Of a DNA stretch of 64,000 nucleotides, positions 41,472-51,236 are shown in pieces. The notes beneath the pieces are model-generated. The model was not told the origin of the DNA. It did not search any database and saw only the letters and a list, made by a program, of their open reading frames with translations. This DNA comes from an uncultured Bacteroidales bacterium (lineage in GTDB: Bacteria; Bacteroidota; Bacteroidia; Bacteroidales; Bacteroidaceae). The DNA lies in assembly GCA_902798615.1 (NCBI GenBank), contig CADBXL010000029.1, positions 3,722 through 67,721 on the forward strand, read 5' to 3'. Made by a program: the position numbers and the translations under genes. Position 1 is the stretch's first letter. Each line of letters opens with the position of its first letter.

Positions 41472-44072
41472 ATGAATTTCGAAAAGTTTACAATCAAGGC
41501 ACAACAAACGGTTCAAGAAGCCGTCAACGGTGCACAACGCAGTGGTCAACAAACCATTGAGCCAGTTCACATTCTCCGTGCTATCTTGACGAAAGCACAG
41601 GATGTAGCAGGTTTCCTGTTCCAGAAGCAGGGCGTTAATCCACAACATATATCACAGGTGGTGGAGAGTGAGATTAATCATTTGCCAAAGGTATCTGGTG
41701 GCAATGGTCAGCCTTATCTTTCAAACGAAAGCAATCAGGTGTTTACCCGTGCAGAGGCTCTTGCTCAGGAGATGGGCGATGAGTTCGTTAGCGTGGAGAC
41801 ATTGTTCCTTGCTCTCGTTGAGGTGAATAGTACGGCAAGCAGGATTCTGAAGGATGCAGGTCTTAACAAGCAGAACGTGTTGTCGGCCATCAAGGAACTG
41901 CGTCAGGGTAAGAACGTGAAGTCGCAGTCGGCTGATGATAACTACCGTTCACTTGAGAAATATGCCAAGAACCTTGTGGCTGATGCCCGAGCTGGAAAAC
42001 TCGACCCTGTCATCGGTCGTGATGATGAGATTCGTCGTGTGCTCCAGATTCTTTCTCGCCGTACCAAGAACAACCCTATATTAATAGGTGAGCCTGGTAC
42101 TGGTAAGACTGCCATCGTGGAGGGTTTGGCACAGCGTATAGTTCGTGGTGACGTGCCTGAGAACCTGAAGGATAAGATGCTCTATTCACTCGATATGGGT
42201 GCTCTTGTGGCAGGTGCGAAGTATAAGGGCGAGTTCGAGGAACGACTGAAGAGTGTTATTTCTGAGGTTACTGGAGCCGACGGTCGTATCATCCTCTTCA
42301 TCGATGAGATTCACACCCTTGTGGGTGCTGGTGGTGGTGAGGGGGCTATGGATGCTGCCAATATCCTGAAGCCTGCACTTGCCCGTGGCGAACTGCGTGC
42401 CATAGGTGCAACAACGCTCAATGAGTATCAGAAATACTTCGAGAAGGATAAGGCTCTGGAACGCCGATTCCAAACCGTCATGGTTGATGAGCCTGATGAG
42501 ATGAGTGCAATATCAATCCTCCGTGGATTGAAGGAGCGCTATGAGAATCATCATCGTGTACGTATTCAGGATGATGCCTGCATAGCTGCCGTGAAGCTCT
42601 CAGAGCGTTATATCTCCGACCGATTCCTGCCTGATAAGGCTATCGACCTTATGGACGAGGCTGCCGCAAAACTTCGTATGGAGCGCGACTCTCTTCCAGA
42701 GGAATTGGACGAGAAGACACGTCGTCTTGCCCAACTCGAAATAGAGCGTGAGGCTATCAAGCGTGAGAATGACGAGGATAAACTCGCACAGCTCAACAAG
42801 GAAATTGCCGACCTTCAGGAGGAGGTGAGCCAGTATAAATCCAAGTGGCAGAGTGAGAAGGAACTCGTAAATAAGATTCAGCAGAACAAACAGCAGATTG
42901 AGCAGTTGAAGTTCGAGGCTGAACGTGCCGAGCGTGAAGGCAACTACGGTAAGGTGGCTGAGATTCGCTATGGCAAACTGAAGGCTCTTGAGGATGAAAT
43001 CCAAAGCATACAGTCACAGCTCCATTCAGCTCAGGGTGCTGAGGCTATGGTAAAGGAGGAGGTTACTGAGGATGACATAGCCGAGGTTGTAAGCCGCTGG
43101 ACGGGTATTCCTGTCTCTCGTATGCTCCAAAGTGAGCGTGAGAAATTGCTTCATCTGGAGGAGGAACTGCATCATCGTGTTATCGGTCAGGACGAGGCTA
43201 TCACAGCCGTCAGCGATGCTGTTCGCCGTTCTCGTGCAGGACTTCAAGACCCAAAGCGACCTATCGCAAGTTTCATCTTCCTCGGAACAACTGGTGTGGG
43301 TAAGACTGAGCTTGCAAAGGCTCTTGCCGACTATCTCTTCAACGATGAGACCATGATGACTCGTATTGACATGAGTGAGTATCAGGAGAAGTTCAGCGTG
43401 ACAAGACTGATCGGTGCGCCTCCGGGATATGTGGGCTATGATGAGGGTGGTCAGCTTACCGAGGCTGTCCGTAGAAAGCCATACTCTGTGGTGCTCTTCG
43501 ATGAGATAGAGAAAGCGCATCCTGATGTTTTCAACATCCTTCTTCAGGTGCTTGATGATGGTCGTTTGACCGACTCTAAAGGTCGTACCGTCAATTTCCG
43601 TAACACTATCATCATCATGACAAGTAACCTCGGCAGTCACCTCATTCAGGAGGAGATAAACAAGAACGGTGGTGCTCTCAATGCCAGTCAGTCAGAGGCT
43701 CTATTCGGTCGTATCTCAGCCTTGCTGAAGCAGACCATCCGTCCTGAGTTCCTCAACCGTATTGACGAAACGATAATGTTTACTCCGTTGAACAAGGATG
43801 AGATTGCAGGTGTTGTTCGCTTGCAGATGAATGCCGTTAGCAAGATGCTGGAGCAACAAGGCTTCAACCTCCGTGTAACCGACAAGGCTGTGGAATATCT
43901 TGCTCAGGCAGGATTCGATCCAGAGTTTGGTGCTCGTCCTGTTAAGCGTGCCATCCAGCGCGATGTGCTCAACGCTCTCAGTAAGTCCCTTCTTGCAGGT
44001 GAGGTTACTCGCGAGCACGAGATAGTGATTGACGCAAACGACAGCGGCATCACGTTCAGGTCAGGAAAATAG
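41472..44072 (+). CDS. clpB: ATP-dependent chaperone ClpB
   Basis: Two AAA modules ([16 protein letters not shown]) with a coiled-coil middle domain. Confidence 0.97.
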   Translation: MNFEKFTIKAQQTVQEAVNGAQRSGQQTIEPVHILRAILTKAQDVAGFLFQKQGVNPQHISQVVESEINHLPKVSGGNGQPYLSNESNQVFTRAEALAQEMGDEFVSVETLFLALVEVNSTASRILKDAGLNKQNVLSAIKELRQGKNVKSQSADDNYRSLEKYAKNLVADARAGKLDPVIGRDDEIRRVLQILSRRTKNNPILIGEPGTGKTAIVEGLAQRIVRGDVPENLKDKMLYSLDMGALVAGAKYKGEFEERLKSVISEVTGADGRIILFIDEIHTLVGAGGGEGAMDAANILKPALARGELRAIGATTLNEYQKYFEKDKALERRFQTVMVDEPDEMSAISILRGLKERYENHHRVRIQDDACIAAVKLSERYISDRFLPDKAIDLMDEAAAKLRMERDSLPEELDEKTRRLAQLEIEREAIKRENDEDKLAQLNKEIADLQEEVSQYKSKWQSEKELVNKIQQNKQQIEQLKFEAERAEREGNYGKVAEIRYGKLKALEDEIQSIQSQLHSAQGAEAMVKEEVTEDDIAEVVSRWTGIPVSRMLQSEREKLLHLEEELHHRVIGQDEAITAVSDAVRRSRAGLQDPKRPIASFIFLGTTGVGKTELAKALADYLFNDETMMTRIDMSEYQEKFSVTRLIGAPPGYVGYDEGGQLTEAVRRKPYSVVLFDEIEKAHPDVFNILLQVLDDGRLTDSKGRTVNFRNTIIIMTSNLGSHLIQEEINKNGGALNASQSEALFGRISALLKQTIRPEFLNRIDETIMFTPLNKDEIAGVVRLQMNAVSKMLEQQGFNLRVTDKAVEYLAQAGFDPEFGARPVKRAIQRDVLNALSKSLLAGEVTREHEIVIDANDSGITFRSGK

Positions 44073-44112
44073 TTTGTTTATATTAGGTTTGTCAGTTTTA
44101 ATCAAAACACCG

Positions 44113-44149
44113 AGCCACCGTAGGAGTGATTCCTGCGGTGGCTTTTTTT
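44113..44149 (+). terminator. clpB terminator
   Basis: AGCCACCGTAGGA / TCCTGCGGTGGCT followed by TTTTTT. Confidence 0.85.
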
Positions 44150-44548
44150 GCATGTAGTAAGATTTAACGTAGATTCTTCTTTCTTCCTCCGAAGTAAATC
44201 CGATATAAATACATATAAAATCCAATTATATTACCATAATAATACAATAGTTAATGGTATTATTATGGTATTATAATGGTAATATAATGGTATTATAATG
44301 GTATTATCATAGGAGGAATAGAGGAGGAAAGAGGGAGAATAGTGGAAGAATGGGATGAGTTAAGAATTGCAAAAACACAATTTCTTGCTGATTTAGAATA
44401 AATATTATTACCTTTGCACAATATAGACTAAAAAGTTTTTTTTTGAAAAAAATGTAGATGATTTAAATCTATTTTTCTGAAATTGCGTCTTTATAAGTAT
44501 AAATGGTTGATAAAACAGTAAAAATAATTTATAACAAAAACAAACTCT

Positions 44549-45757
44549 ATGAAGAAATCGATTATTACTTCCATGCTCATGCTATGTGCTATGAGCGGTT
44601 GGGCACAGGGAACTAAGCCCCCTGTCAATGATTCTATTTGTGTATTTGACGGAACTGTGACAAATGTTCCTGATGGTACAGTTGTTTATTTGGCTCTTCC
44701 AATTCGCGAACATCCCGGAGCATATAAACCTGATACTATAACTACTGTCAAAGGAGGAAAATTCCACTTTGAGAAAGCTATTCCTGCTGGAGACGACTGT
44801 TATGTACGAGTTAGCAAATATGGTTCTATGCTGAATGTCAAATTAAATCCAGGCATGAAGACTGTGATAACAGGTAATGGAATGGAGCCAGAAGAATGGA
44901 CAGCAGAAAATGACCATCCCGACCAGAAAGAAGCCAATATATATAAAAAATACAAGAAGGAGAAACTGGCTGATTACCTTGCATTAAATGCTCAGATAAA
45001 TGCAGCAAACGCAAAGATGTATGAGGCTCAGTTTGATGCAAAGGACGAAAAGAAGGCAAAAGCAGCATCTGATGAAGCCAATAGAATAGCAAAGCAGCTA
45101 AGGCCATTGAGACTCAAATATTTTAATGTCATGTCAGAATTCATCAAGAACAGGGACTTTAGCGCAAGTTATGAGTCGGAACTTGCAATGATTTCACAGG
45201 ATGCGTATTATTCTGATGATGAGGAGAAAATGAATATTTGCCGTGAACTCTTTGCAAAGGTTCCAAAGGATTACATGAGTGAGAGTATTTACTTTGTTAA
45301 GAAATATCTCTACCCTGAAATCAAACCTCTAAAAGCTGGTGATCAGGTAAAGGATTTTACTCTCAACGACCACGACGGAAAACCACATAGCATAATGGAA
45401 TATGCGGGAAAAGGCAAATATCTGTTGCTTGAGAGTGCTCGTAAGGCTTGTACGGGTGAAGTATTGGATAGACCGAAGGAATACTTAAAGGAACTTCACA
45501 AGAAATATGCCGATAAGTTTGATGTCGTTACCCTTGCAATCAGTCCAAAGGAAATGTTTGATGATAAGGAATTCCCACGTGAAGATTGGTTGGAGCTCGG
45601 TTTGAATGAGACTTCTCCATTCGAGGAAATCATGAGCACATATTTCCCAAAGGAAGAACGTTTTGTCTTCATTTCTCCAGAAGGAAAGATTTTGGCTAAA
45701 TGCCGTCCAGACAAACTGAACGAAGAAATCAAGAAGTGTTTTCCATTCGTTGAGTAA
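44549..45757 (+). CDS. DUF4369-like / thioredoxin-fold (TlpA-like) secreted protein lacking CXXC
   Basis: Signal peptide, FTLNDHDGKPHS..EYAGKGKYLLL and FVFISPEGKILA. Confidence 0.7.
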   Translation: MKKSIITSMLMLCAMSGWAQGTKPPVNDSICVFDGTVTNVPDGTVVYLALPIREHPGAYKPDTITTVKGGKFHFEKAIPAGDDCYVRVSKYGSMLNVKLNPGMKTVITGNGMEPEEWTAENDHPDQKEANIYKKYKKEKLADYLALNAQINAANAKMYEAQFDAKDEKKAKAASDEANRIAKQLRPLRLKYFNVMSEFIKNRDFSASYESELAMISQDAYYSDDEEKMNICRELFAKVPKDYMSESIYFVKKYLYPEIKPLKAGDQVKDFTLNDHDGKPHSIMEYAGKGKYLLLESARKACTGEVLDRPKEYLKELHKKYADKFDVVTLAISPKEMFDDKEFPREDWLELGLNETSPFEEIMSTYFPKEERFVFISPEGKILAKCRPDKLNEEIKKCFPFVE

Positions 45758-45786
45758 TGGGAAGTGTTTTTATGATAGATAACTAC

Positions 45787-45819
45787 AAAAAGACGGTGAA
45801 CATTTCGTTCACCGTCTTT
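45787..45819. terminator. Bidirectional terminator
   Basis: AAAAAGACGGTGAAC / GTTCACCGTCTTT between convergent genes. Confidence 0.8.
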
Positions 45820-45832
45820 GTTTCGTATTGGG

Positions 45833-45900
45833 TTATTCTATACCGGTAATCGTGAGGGAATTGCCGTTGACCTTGAATTTTACGTTGCATTCCATACCTT
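45833..45900 (-). pseudogene. Fragment duplicating the 3' end of tsaA
   Basis: Encodes VKFKVNGNSLTITGIE* versus VKFKVNGNILTVHNIF* in tsaA. 25/28 nt match between 45856-45883 and 48404-48431. Confidence 0.7.
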
Positions 45901-45985
45901 CAAGTATTCCGCAACACCTCGTTGACATCATCCCCACCCAACAGAGCATATCCAGACGAGGGTACTATGTCTGAAATGTGGTACG

Positions 45986-47068
45986 TTAATATTCTTTCTT
46001 CTTGTCATCGTTGATGGTCTTGTATTTCCAATACTCTTTTAGGAAATCGATTCTCATCCTACCATAGCTTTCAGTCATTATAATAGCAAATCGTCCGTCA
46101 TGCATCTTGTCAATCCATACTCTGAAAAGTGGATGGCTACTATCAGTTCCTTGCTCAACAGGATTCTTGGGAAATGTTCTGCCATTCTGTAATGTTAAAT
46201 TCCTGTCGTAATAGGAGTTGATATCATTGAAAATATACGATTCGTCTTGATGACTGTCAAGATAGGTGTGTGTAAGTGCTTTGAAATCCTTTATAAACTG
46301 CATTGCCATGTCCTTGGGGATGATATGAACATCGCCGTGAGCTGCACAGAGATCAGGGATTTTCATGCCTTTATAAGCTGTATATAGTTCAGGATGTTCT
46401 TGCAAATAGTTCTTTGAGTATCGATAATCAAATGTCTTGTTTTCTATGCCCTTCTTCTTAAATGCAGACTCAACGAATTTCTTGTAAGCCTGAATGTTGA
46501 AAGGCTTTGTTCCGGTAATGACGGAGTCTATAGTTTGCGTAAAACTAAACATGACAAGACATCGTGGAACTTGCGGATTGTCCGAATTGTCATGGTCCAT
46601 CTTTGTAACTTGAATAAAGTCGGCTCCGGACATCTTTGGCATGTTCTTGAAATTAGAGCCGATGGTTACTCTATTGTCCTTTCGAGGATTCCAGGACATG
46701 GAAATCATCAGACTGTCACAATCGTTCTTCTCCCACCAGTATGACTCGTAGGCACTTTTACGAAGTTGTTGTAGCCCTTGCAATAATGTTTCGTATTTTT
46801 TTTGGAGTTGTTCCGCAACCCCTCCCGTTGCTGCATTCGTTGTGGAATCTCCTACTGATGAATTTGTCGTTGCATCGGGAGATTTCAAGAGGGGGATTTG
46901 AATTATCAAGTCCTTTCTGTTATGGTATGAACTGGTTTCACTTTTAGTGAGGAGGATACCATATTCCCCCAAAGGTTTGACTATTGTTTCTTCCACTCTG
47001 TCAGAGAGAGTCTGTGCAGAAGCATTAATGCTTAGGAGCGCGAATAACGCAATAATTAACTGTTTCAT
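45986..47068 (-). CDS. Secreted hypothetical protein (DUF5024-like), third gene of ECF module 2
   Basis: Signal peptide. Distant paralog of 36523-37626. Confidence 0.6.
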   Translation of the reverse strand: MKQLIIALFALLSINASAQTLSDRVEETIVKPLGEYGILLTKSETSSYHNRKDLIIQIPLLKSPDATTNSSVGDSTTNAATGGVAEQLQKKYETLLQGLQQLRKSAYESYWWEKNDCDSLMISMSWNPRKDNRVTIGSNFKNMPKMSGADFIQVTKMDHDNSDNPQVPRCLVMFSFTQTIDSVITGTKPFNIQAYKKFVESAFKKKGIENKTFDYRYSKNYLQEHPELYTAYKGMKIPDLCAAHGDVHIIPKDMAMQFIKDFKALTHTYLDSHQDESYIFNDINSYYDRNLTLQNGRTFPKNPVEQGTDSSHPLFRVWIDKMHDGRFAIIMTESYGRMRIDFLKEYWKYKTINDDKKKEY

Positions 47069-47748
47069 AATTCTTGGTTTTTAATTGCTTTATATGCCCT
47101 TGCTGAGAGTTCCATGCCTTTCGCGCGAATTTTAGACTGAAACTCTATAGGGTCGTTGAAAATATTATTGTCAAAATTTTGCATGTTTGCGGCAATCATA
47201 GCCTTCACATATTCCTCTGCTGTCATTCCTGATATTGTTAGGGTATCAGTTTCTTTCAAAGGATTTTCTGGTTGTACCATTGGTCGTGACTTTCTTGCAA
47301 CCGCCTTTCTCGCCTTTGGCTTAGATGGCGTGGCGGGTTGTTCGCAAGTGGTCTTTTCTTCTGTGATGGTGACTTTTTCCTGAACAACAGGAATCGTCTT
47401 TGTTTCTACCTTGTTGTTGTCAGCCACGATGGTATCGGCTGATTTTCGTGGGTAAAGCGTGAAGACTAAGATTAAACATGCAGCTATGCCAGCTATTGAA
47501 AGCCAAGGCCATATAGCGCGTTTCTTGGCTGGTTCAGCCACAAACATAGCGTCCACTTCTTCCTGAGTGAAGTCGTAGGCATCAGTATCAAAACTGCTGA
47601 ACAGATCCTTGTAGGCTTCCCATTCTTCTGGAATATGCTCGCTGTGAGAGAAGTAGTCTTTCAACATCTCCTCTTCCGCTTCTGTTGTCTGCCCTTCCGT
47701 GAAGCGCAGCAGCAGTTCCTTTATGTTATCTTCGTTGTATTTCAGCAT
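47065..47748 (-). CDS. Anti-sigma-like single-TM protein
   Basis: LLLRFTEGQTTEAEEE N-terminus and one TM helix. Overlaps the sigma gene end. Confidence 0.75.
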   Translation of the reverse strand: MLKYNEDNIKELLLRFTEGQTTEAEEEMLKDYFSHSEHIPEEWEAYKDLFSSFDTDAYDFTQEEVDAMFVAEPAKKRAIWPWLSIAGIAACLILVFTLYPRKSADTIVADNNKVETKTIPVVQEKVTITEEKTTCEQPATPSKPKARKAVARKSRPMVQPENPLKETDTLTISGMTAEEYVKAMIAANMQNFDNNIFNDPIEFQSKIRAKGMELSARAYKAIKNQEL

Positions 47749-48236
47749 ATTGACTTTTGCATTTTATTGATTAATGCGGCTCTTGCCTTGCAAATCATAG
47801 CTCTTACCGATGATTCTGACGTGCCAAGCATTTTGGCAATCTCTGCGTATGACAGGTTTTCTACGTTTCTCATTCTTATCAATGCCCGTTGCTTGTCGGT
47901 TAGCGAGGTAATGGCATCTTGTAGCCTTTGATGGTTTTCCTTATCTTCAAGCTGTTTGTGGGCATCATAGTGGTTCGTCATCAATGTGCAGTTGTCAATG
48001 TCGGTGGTGAATCTCCTGTCGCGAACCATATTGAGCGAGATATTCCTCACCACAATACTTGCGAGATTACGCATCTTTGCGAAATCATCTATGTCTTTAC
48101 GCTTAAGCCATAATTTGATGAAAGCCTCTTGCACGACATCGTCAGAATCTTCGGAACTTCCAAGATAGTGCATGGCTTGCTGATGCATATGCATCCGCAA
48201 TTTCTGCGCATTTTCTGTGAACTCTTGTAATTCCAT
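47742..48236 (-). CDS. ECF-type RNA polymerase sigma factor
   Basis: DSDDVVQEAFIKLW and LSYAEIAKMLGTSESSVRAMICKAR. Confidence 0.9.
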   Translation of the reverse strand: MELQEFTENAQKLRMHMHQQAMHYLGSSEDSDDVVQEAFIKLWLKRKDIDDFAKMRNLASIVVRNISLNMVRDRRFTTDIDNCTLMTNHYDAHKQLEDKENHQRLQDAITSLTDKQRALIRMRNVENLSYAEIAKMLGTSESSVRAMICKARAALINKMQKSIC

Positions 48237-48380
48237 TTTCTTGCTTGTTTGCTATAATAACACGAAATGGACGATTTCGCTACCAGAAAAAAGGATTTTT
48301 TTTTAGTTCATAGTGCATAATTCATAATTCATAGTTGGAGGGCGTATGCTAACTATGCACTATGAATTATGAACTATGAA

Positions 48381-49088
48381 CTAAAAAATATTATGAACTG
48401 TTAGGATATTGCCATTGACCTTGAATTTTACATCCCGACCAGCGAATGGCATTCCGTAGATGCGGTTAGGGTCATTATGGTATTGCGGACGTGGGTCTTG
48501 CGAAAGAACGCCTCGGAGTGAGGAAAGTTCAGTTGCTGTGAATGTCTTGGCTATTTCCTCTGGGATTATTACTTCGAGAGGTTGCCAGTCATTGTTGTCG
48601 GTGAACCCTCCACGGGCATCGGGATGGGCATCGGCATAGGGAATGTAAGGCTTGATATCGTAGATAGGAGTGCCGTCCATAAGGTCTGCGCCAAGGACGA
48701 GAAGAACGGCCTCTCCCCCCTCCCTCCCCCGTAGGGAGGGAGCCGATTCGATAATGGCTCTATCGTTTTGTGATACTAATTTCACGCAAGAAAGGCCTAT
48801 CGGGTTGGGACGAAATGGGGAGCGTGTAGCGAAAACTCCCAGGCGCTCATTACCTCCAAGGCGTGGAGGACGAACGGTGAGACCTCTCTGCTCATGTTTG
48901 TTGGCTGAGAATCCCCAGATAAGCCAGATATAGTCGAAGCCTTCAAGGCCTCGTATGGCATCTGGTGAAGAGAATTCCTTCTCGAATACAATCTCACCAA
49001 CAAGATCCTTTACCACACCACTCTGGCGCGGAATACCGAACTTGCTCGTCAATGGCGAACGGAAATATGCTATGGGTTTGATGTTCAT
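48381..49088 (-). CDS. tsaA: tRNA (t6A37) N6-methyltransferase TrmO/TsaA, with an in-frame REP insertion
   Basis: KFGIPRQSG, GVFATRSPFRPNPIGLS and GADLMDGTPIYDIKPY. Confidence 0.93.
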   Translation of the reverse strand: MNIKPIAYFRSPLTSKFGIPRQSGVVKDLVGEIVFEKEFSSPDAIRGLEGFDYIWLIWGFSANKHEQRGLTVRPPRLGGNERLGVFATRSPFRPNPIGLSCVKLVSQNDRAIIESAPSLRGREGGEAVLLVLGADLMDGTPIYDIKPYIPYADAHPDARGGFTDNNDWQPLEVIIPEEIAKTFTATELSSLRGVLSQDPRPQYHNDPNRIYGMPFAGRDVKFKVNGNILTVHNIF

Positions 49089-49345
49089 TTTTTTTGAAAA
49101 AAAAGTCTAAGGACTAAGGTCTAAGGCTTTTGACTTTTGACCTTTGACATTTTGCTATTGCAAAGGTACACAAAAAAACACTCACGGCAAAATCATTCCT
49201 CAGAATTATTTGTCGTGAGTGTATAATTTATCTCAAATACATGGTATTAGTAAATACAGACTATCTCCATTCCGTTTCGTGTATTATCCATTCCCTTTTT
49301 ATTGAGATGAGTCTAAAAAACTGTCAAATATGTATTCCTTTTAAC

Positions 49346-51067
49346 TTAATATGCTTTTTCGTGAACACCTGCTACGGCTCTGCCAGAAGGGTCGTTCATG
49401 TTCTTCCAAGCCTCGTCCCATTCCAAAGCCTTGGCTGTTGAGCAGGCAACGCTTGCCTCATGAGGAACTGCCTTTGCTGCACTCTCTGATGGGAAGTGCT
49501 CTTCAAAGATTGAGCGATAGTAGTATTCCTCCTTGCAGAGAGGTGTGTTGATAGGGAAACGCTCTGCTGCATGAGCCATCTGTTCGTCGGTGACAGCCTT
49601 AGAGGTGATTTCCTTCAGGGTGTCAATCCAAGAATAGCCTACACCATCAGAGAACTGCTCTTTCTGTCGCCAAGCCACGGATTCTGGAAGCATATCGGCA
49701 AAGGCTTCGCGGACAACCTTCTTCTCCATTGTAGAGCCTGGGCATAACTTGTATTCCGGATTGAGCGACATTGCAACATCAAGGAACTCCTTGTCAAGGA
49801 AAGGCACACGACCTTCAACGCCCCATGCTGACAAAGACTTGTTTGCGCGAAGACAATCATAGAGGTGGAGCTTTCCGAGCTTACGGACAGTCTCTTCATG
49901 GAACTCCTTGGCATTAGGAGCTTTGTGGAAATACAGATAGCCACCGAACACCTCATCAGCACCCTCGCCTGAAAGTACCATCTTGATACCCATAGACTTG
50001 ATGACACGGGCAAGGAGATACATTGGGGTAGAGGCACGGACGGTTGTAACGTCGTAAGTCTCTATGTAATAGATCACATCGCGGATAGCATCAAGACCTT
50101 CCTGAATGGTGTAGTTGATTTCGTGGTGAACAGTTCCGATATAATCAGCAACCACCTTCGCCTTTGCCAAATCTGGTGCACCCTTCAAGCCAACAGCAAA
50201 TGAGTGAAGTCGAGGCCACCAAGCCTTCTCGTCACCTTCAGCCTCAATACGGTGGGCTGAGAATTTCTTTGCTATGGCAGAGGTAACAGAAGAGTCAAGA
50301 CCGCCAGAGAGCAGTACGCCATAAGGCACATCGCACATAAGCTGGCGCTTAACGGCAGCCTCAAGAGAATCGTGGATAGCCTCTACGCTCTGCTTGTAAG
50401 TGAGACTTGCGGTTTCCTTGATTTCCTCACTGGAGCAGTCGGTTGGCATCTTTTCCATCCACTCGCGAGTGTACCATTTCTTCAGGCTCTTACTATCGCT
50501 TGTGTAGTAGTGGCCAGGAAGGAATGGCTCGTACTCGTCGCAGAAACCTTCGAGAGCCTTGAGCTCAGAGGCGCAGTATGTCTTACCGTCCTTGTCGTGG
50601 CCTATATACAAAGGGATAACGCCTATTGGGTCACGGCCTATGAGGTACTTGTCTGTTTCCTCGTCATAAAGACAGAAAGCAAAGATACCGTTGAGCTTCT
50701 CGAAAATCCAAGAAGGATCCTCAATGCCCATGCGTTTCCAGTCACGATAGAGCGCAAGGATTACCTCACAGTCAGAGCCTGTCTGGAACTCATAGCGACC
50801 TGCGTACCATTTGCGAATATCACGGTGATTGTATATCTCGCCGTTGACAGCAAGCACCATTTTCTTATCTGGAGAAAATAGTGGCTGCTGACCTGATTCC
50901 GGGTCAACGATACTAAGACGCTCATGCGCCAAAATTGCGGATCCACCTTCGTAGATACCGCTCCAGTCAGGTCCGCGATGACGGATCTTCTGCGACATTT
51001 TCAATGCCTTCTTTCTGAGCTCAGGAGTCTGCTCCTGAATGTCAAGGATACATGCAATTCCACACAT
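49346..51067 (-). CDS. asnB: Asparagine synthase B (glutamine-hydrolysing)
   Basis: N-terminal MCGI, RHRGPD, NGEIYNH, LSGGLDSS and SGEGADE. Confidence 0.97.
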   Translation of the reverse strand: MCGIACILDIQEQTPELRKKALKMSQKIRHRGPDWSGIYEGGSAILAHERLSIVDPESGQQPLFSPDKKMVLAVNGEIYNHRDIRKWYAGRYEFQTGSDCEVILALYRDWKRMGIEDPSWIFEKLNGIFAFCLYDEETDKYLIGRDPIGVIPLYIGHDKDGKTYCASELKALEGFCDEYEPFLPGHYYTSDSKSLKKWYTREWMEKMPTDCSSEEIKETASLTYKQSVEAIHDSLEAAVKRQLMCDVPYGVLLSGGLDSSVTSAIAKKFSAHRIEAEGDEKAWWPRLHSFAVGLKGAPDLAKAKVVADYIGTVHHEINYTIQEGLDAIRDVIYYIETYDVTTVRASTPMYLLARVIKSMGIKMVLSGEGADEVFGGYLYFHKAPNAKEFHEETVRKLGKLHLYDCLRANKSLSAWGVEGRVPFLDKEFLDVAMSLNPEYKLCPGSTMEKKVVREAFADMLPESVAWRQKEQFSDGVGYSWIDTLKEITSKAVTDEQMAHAAERFPINTPLCKEEYYYRSIFEEHFPSESAAKAVPHEASVACSTAKALEWDEAWKNMNDPSGRAVAGVHEKAY

Positions 51068-51236
51068 GGTTTTCTAATTGTTTCTTTAGTTGATATTAAG
51101 TTTGCTGTTTAATACCCTCTAAATCCCCCTTAAAGGAGGATCTGAAGGCGATTGTAACCCTCTCCCCTTTCGGAGGGTAGGGAGAGGGCGTTTTATTTTT
51201 ACAATTGTCAATTTTCAATTAGCATTAGCATAATGC

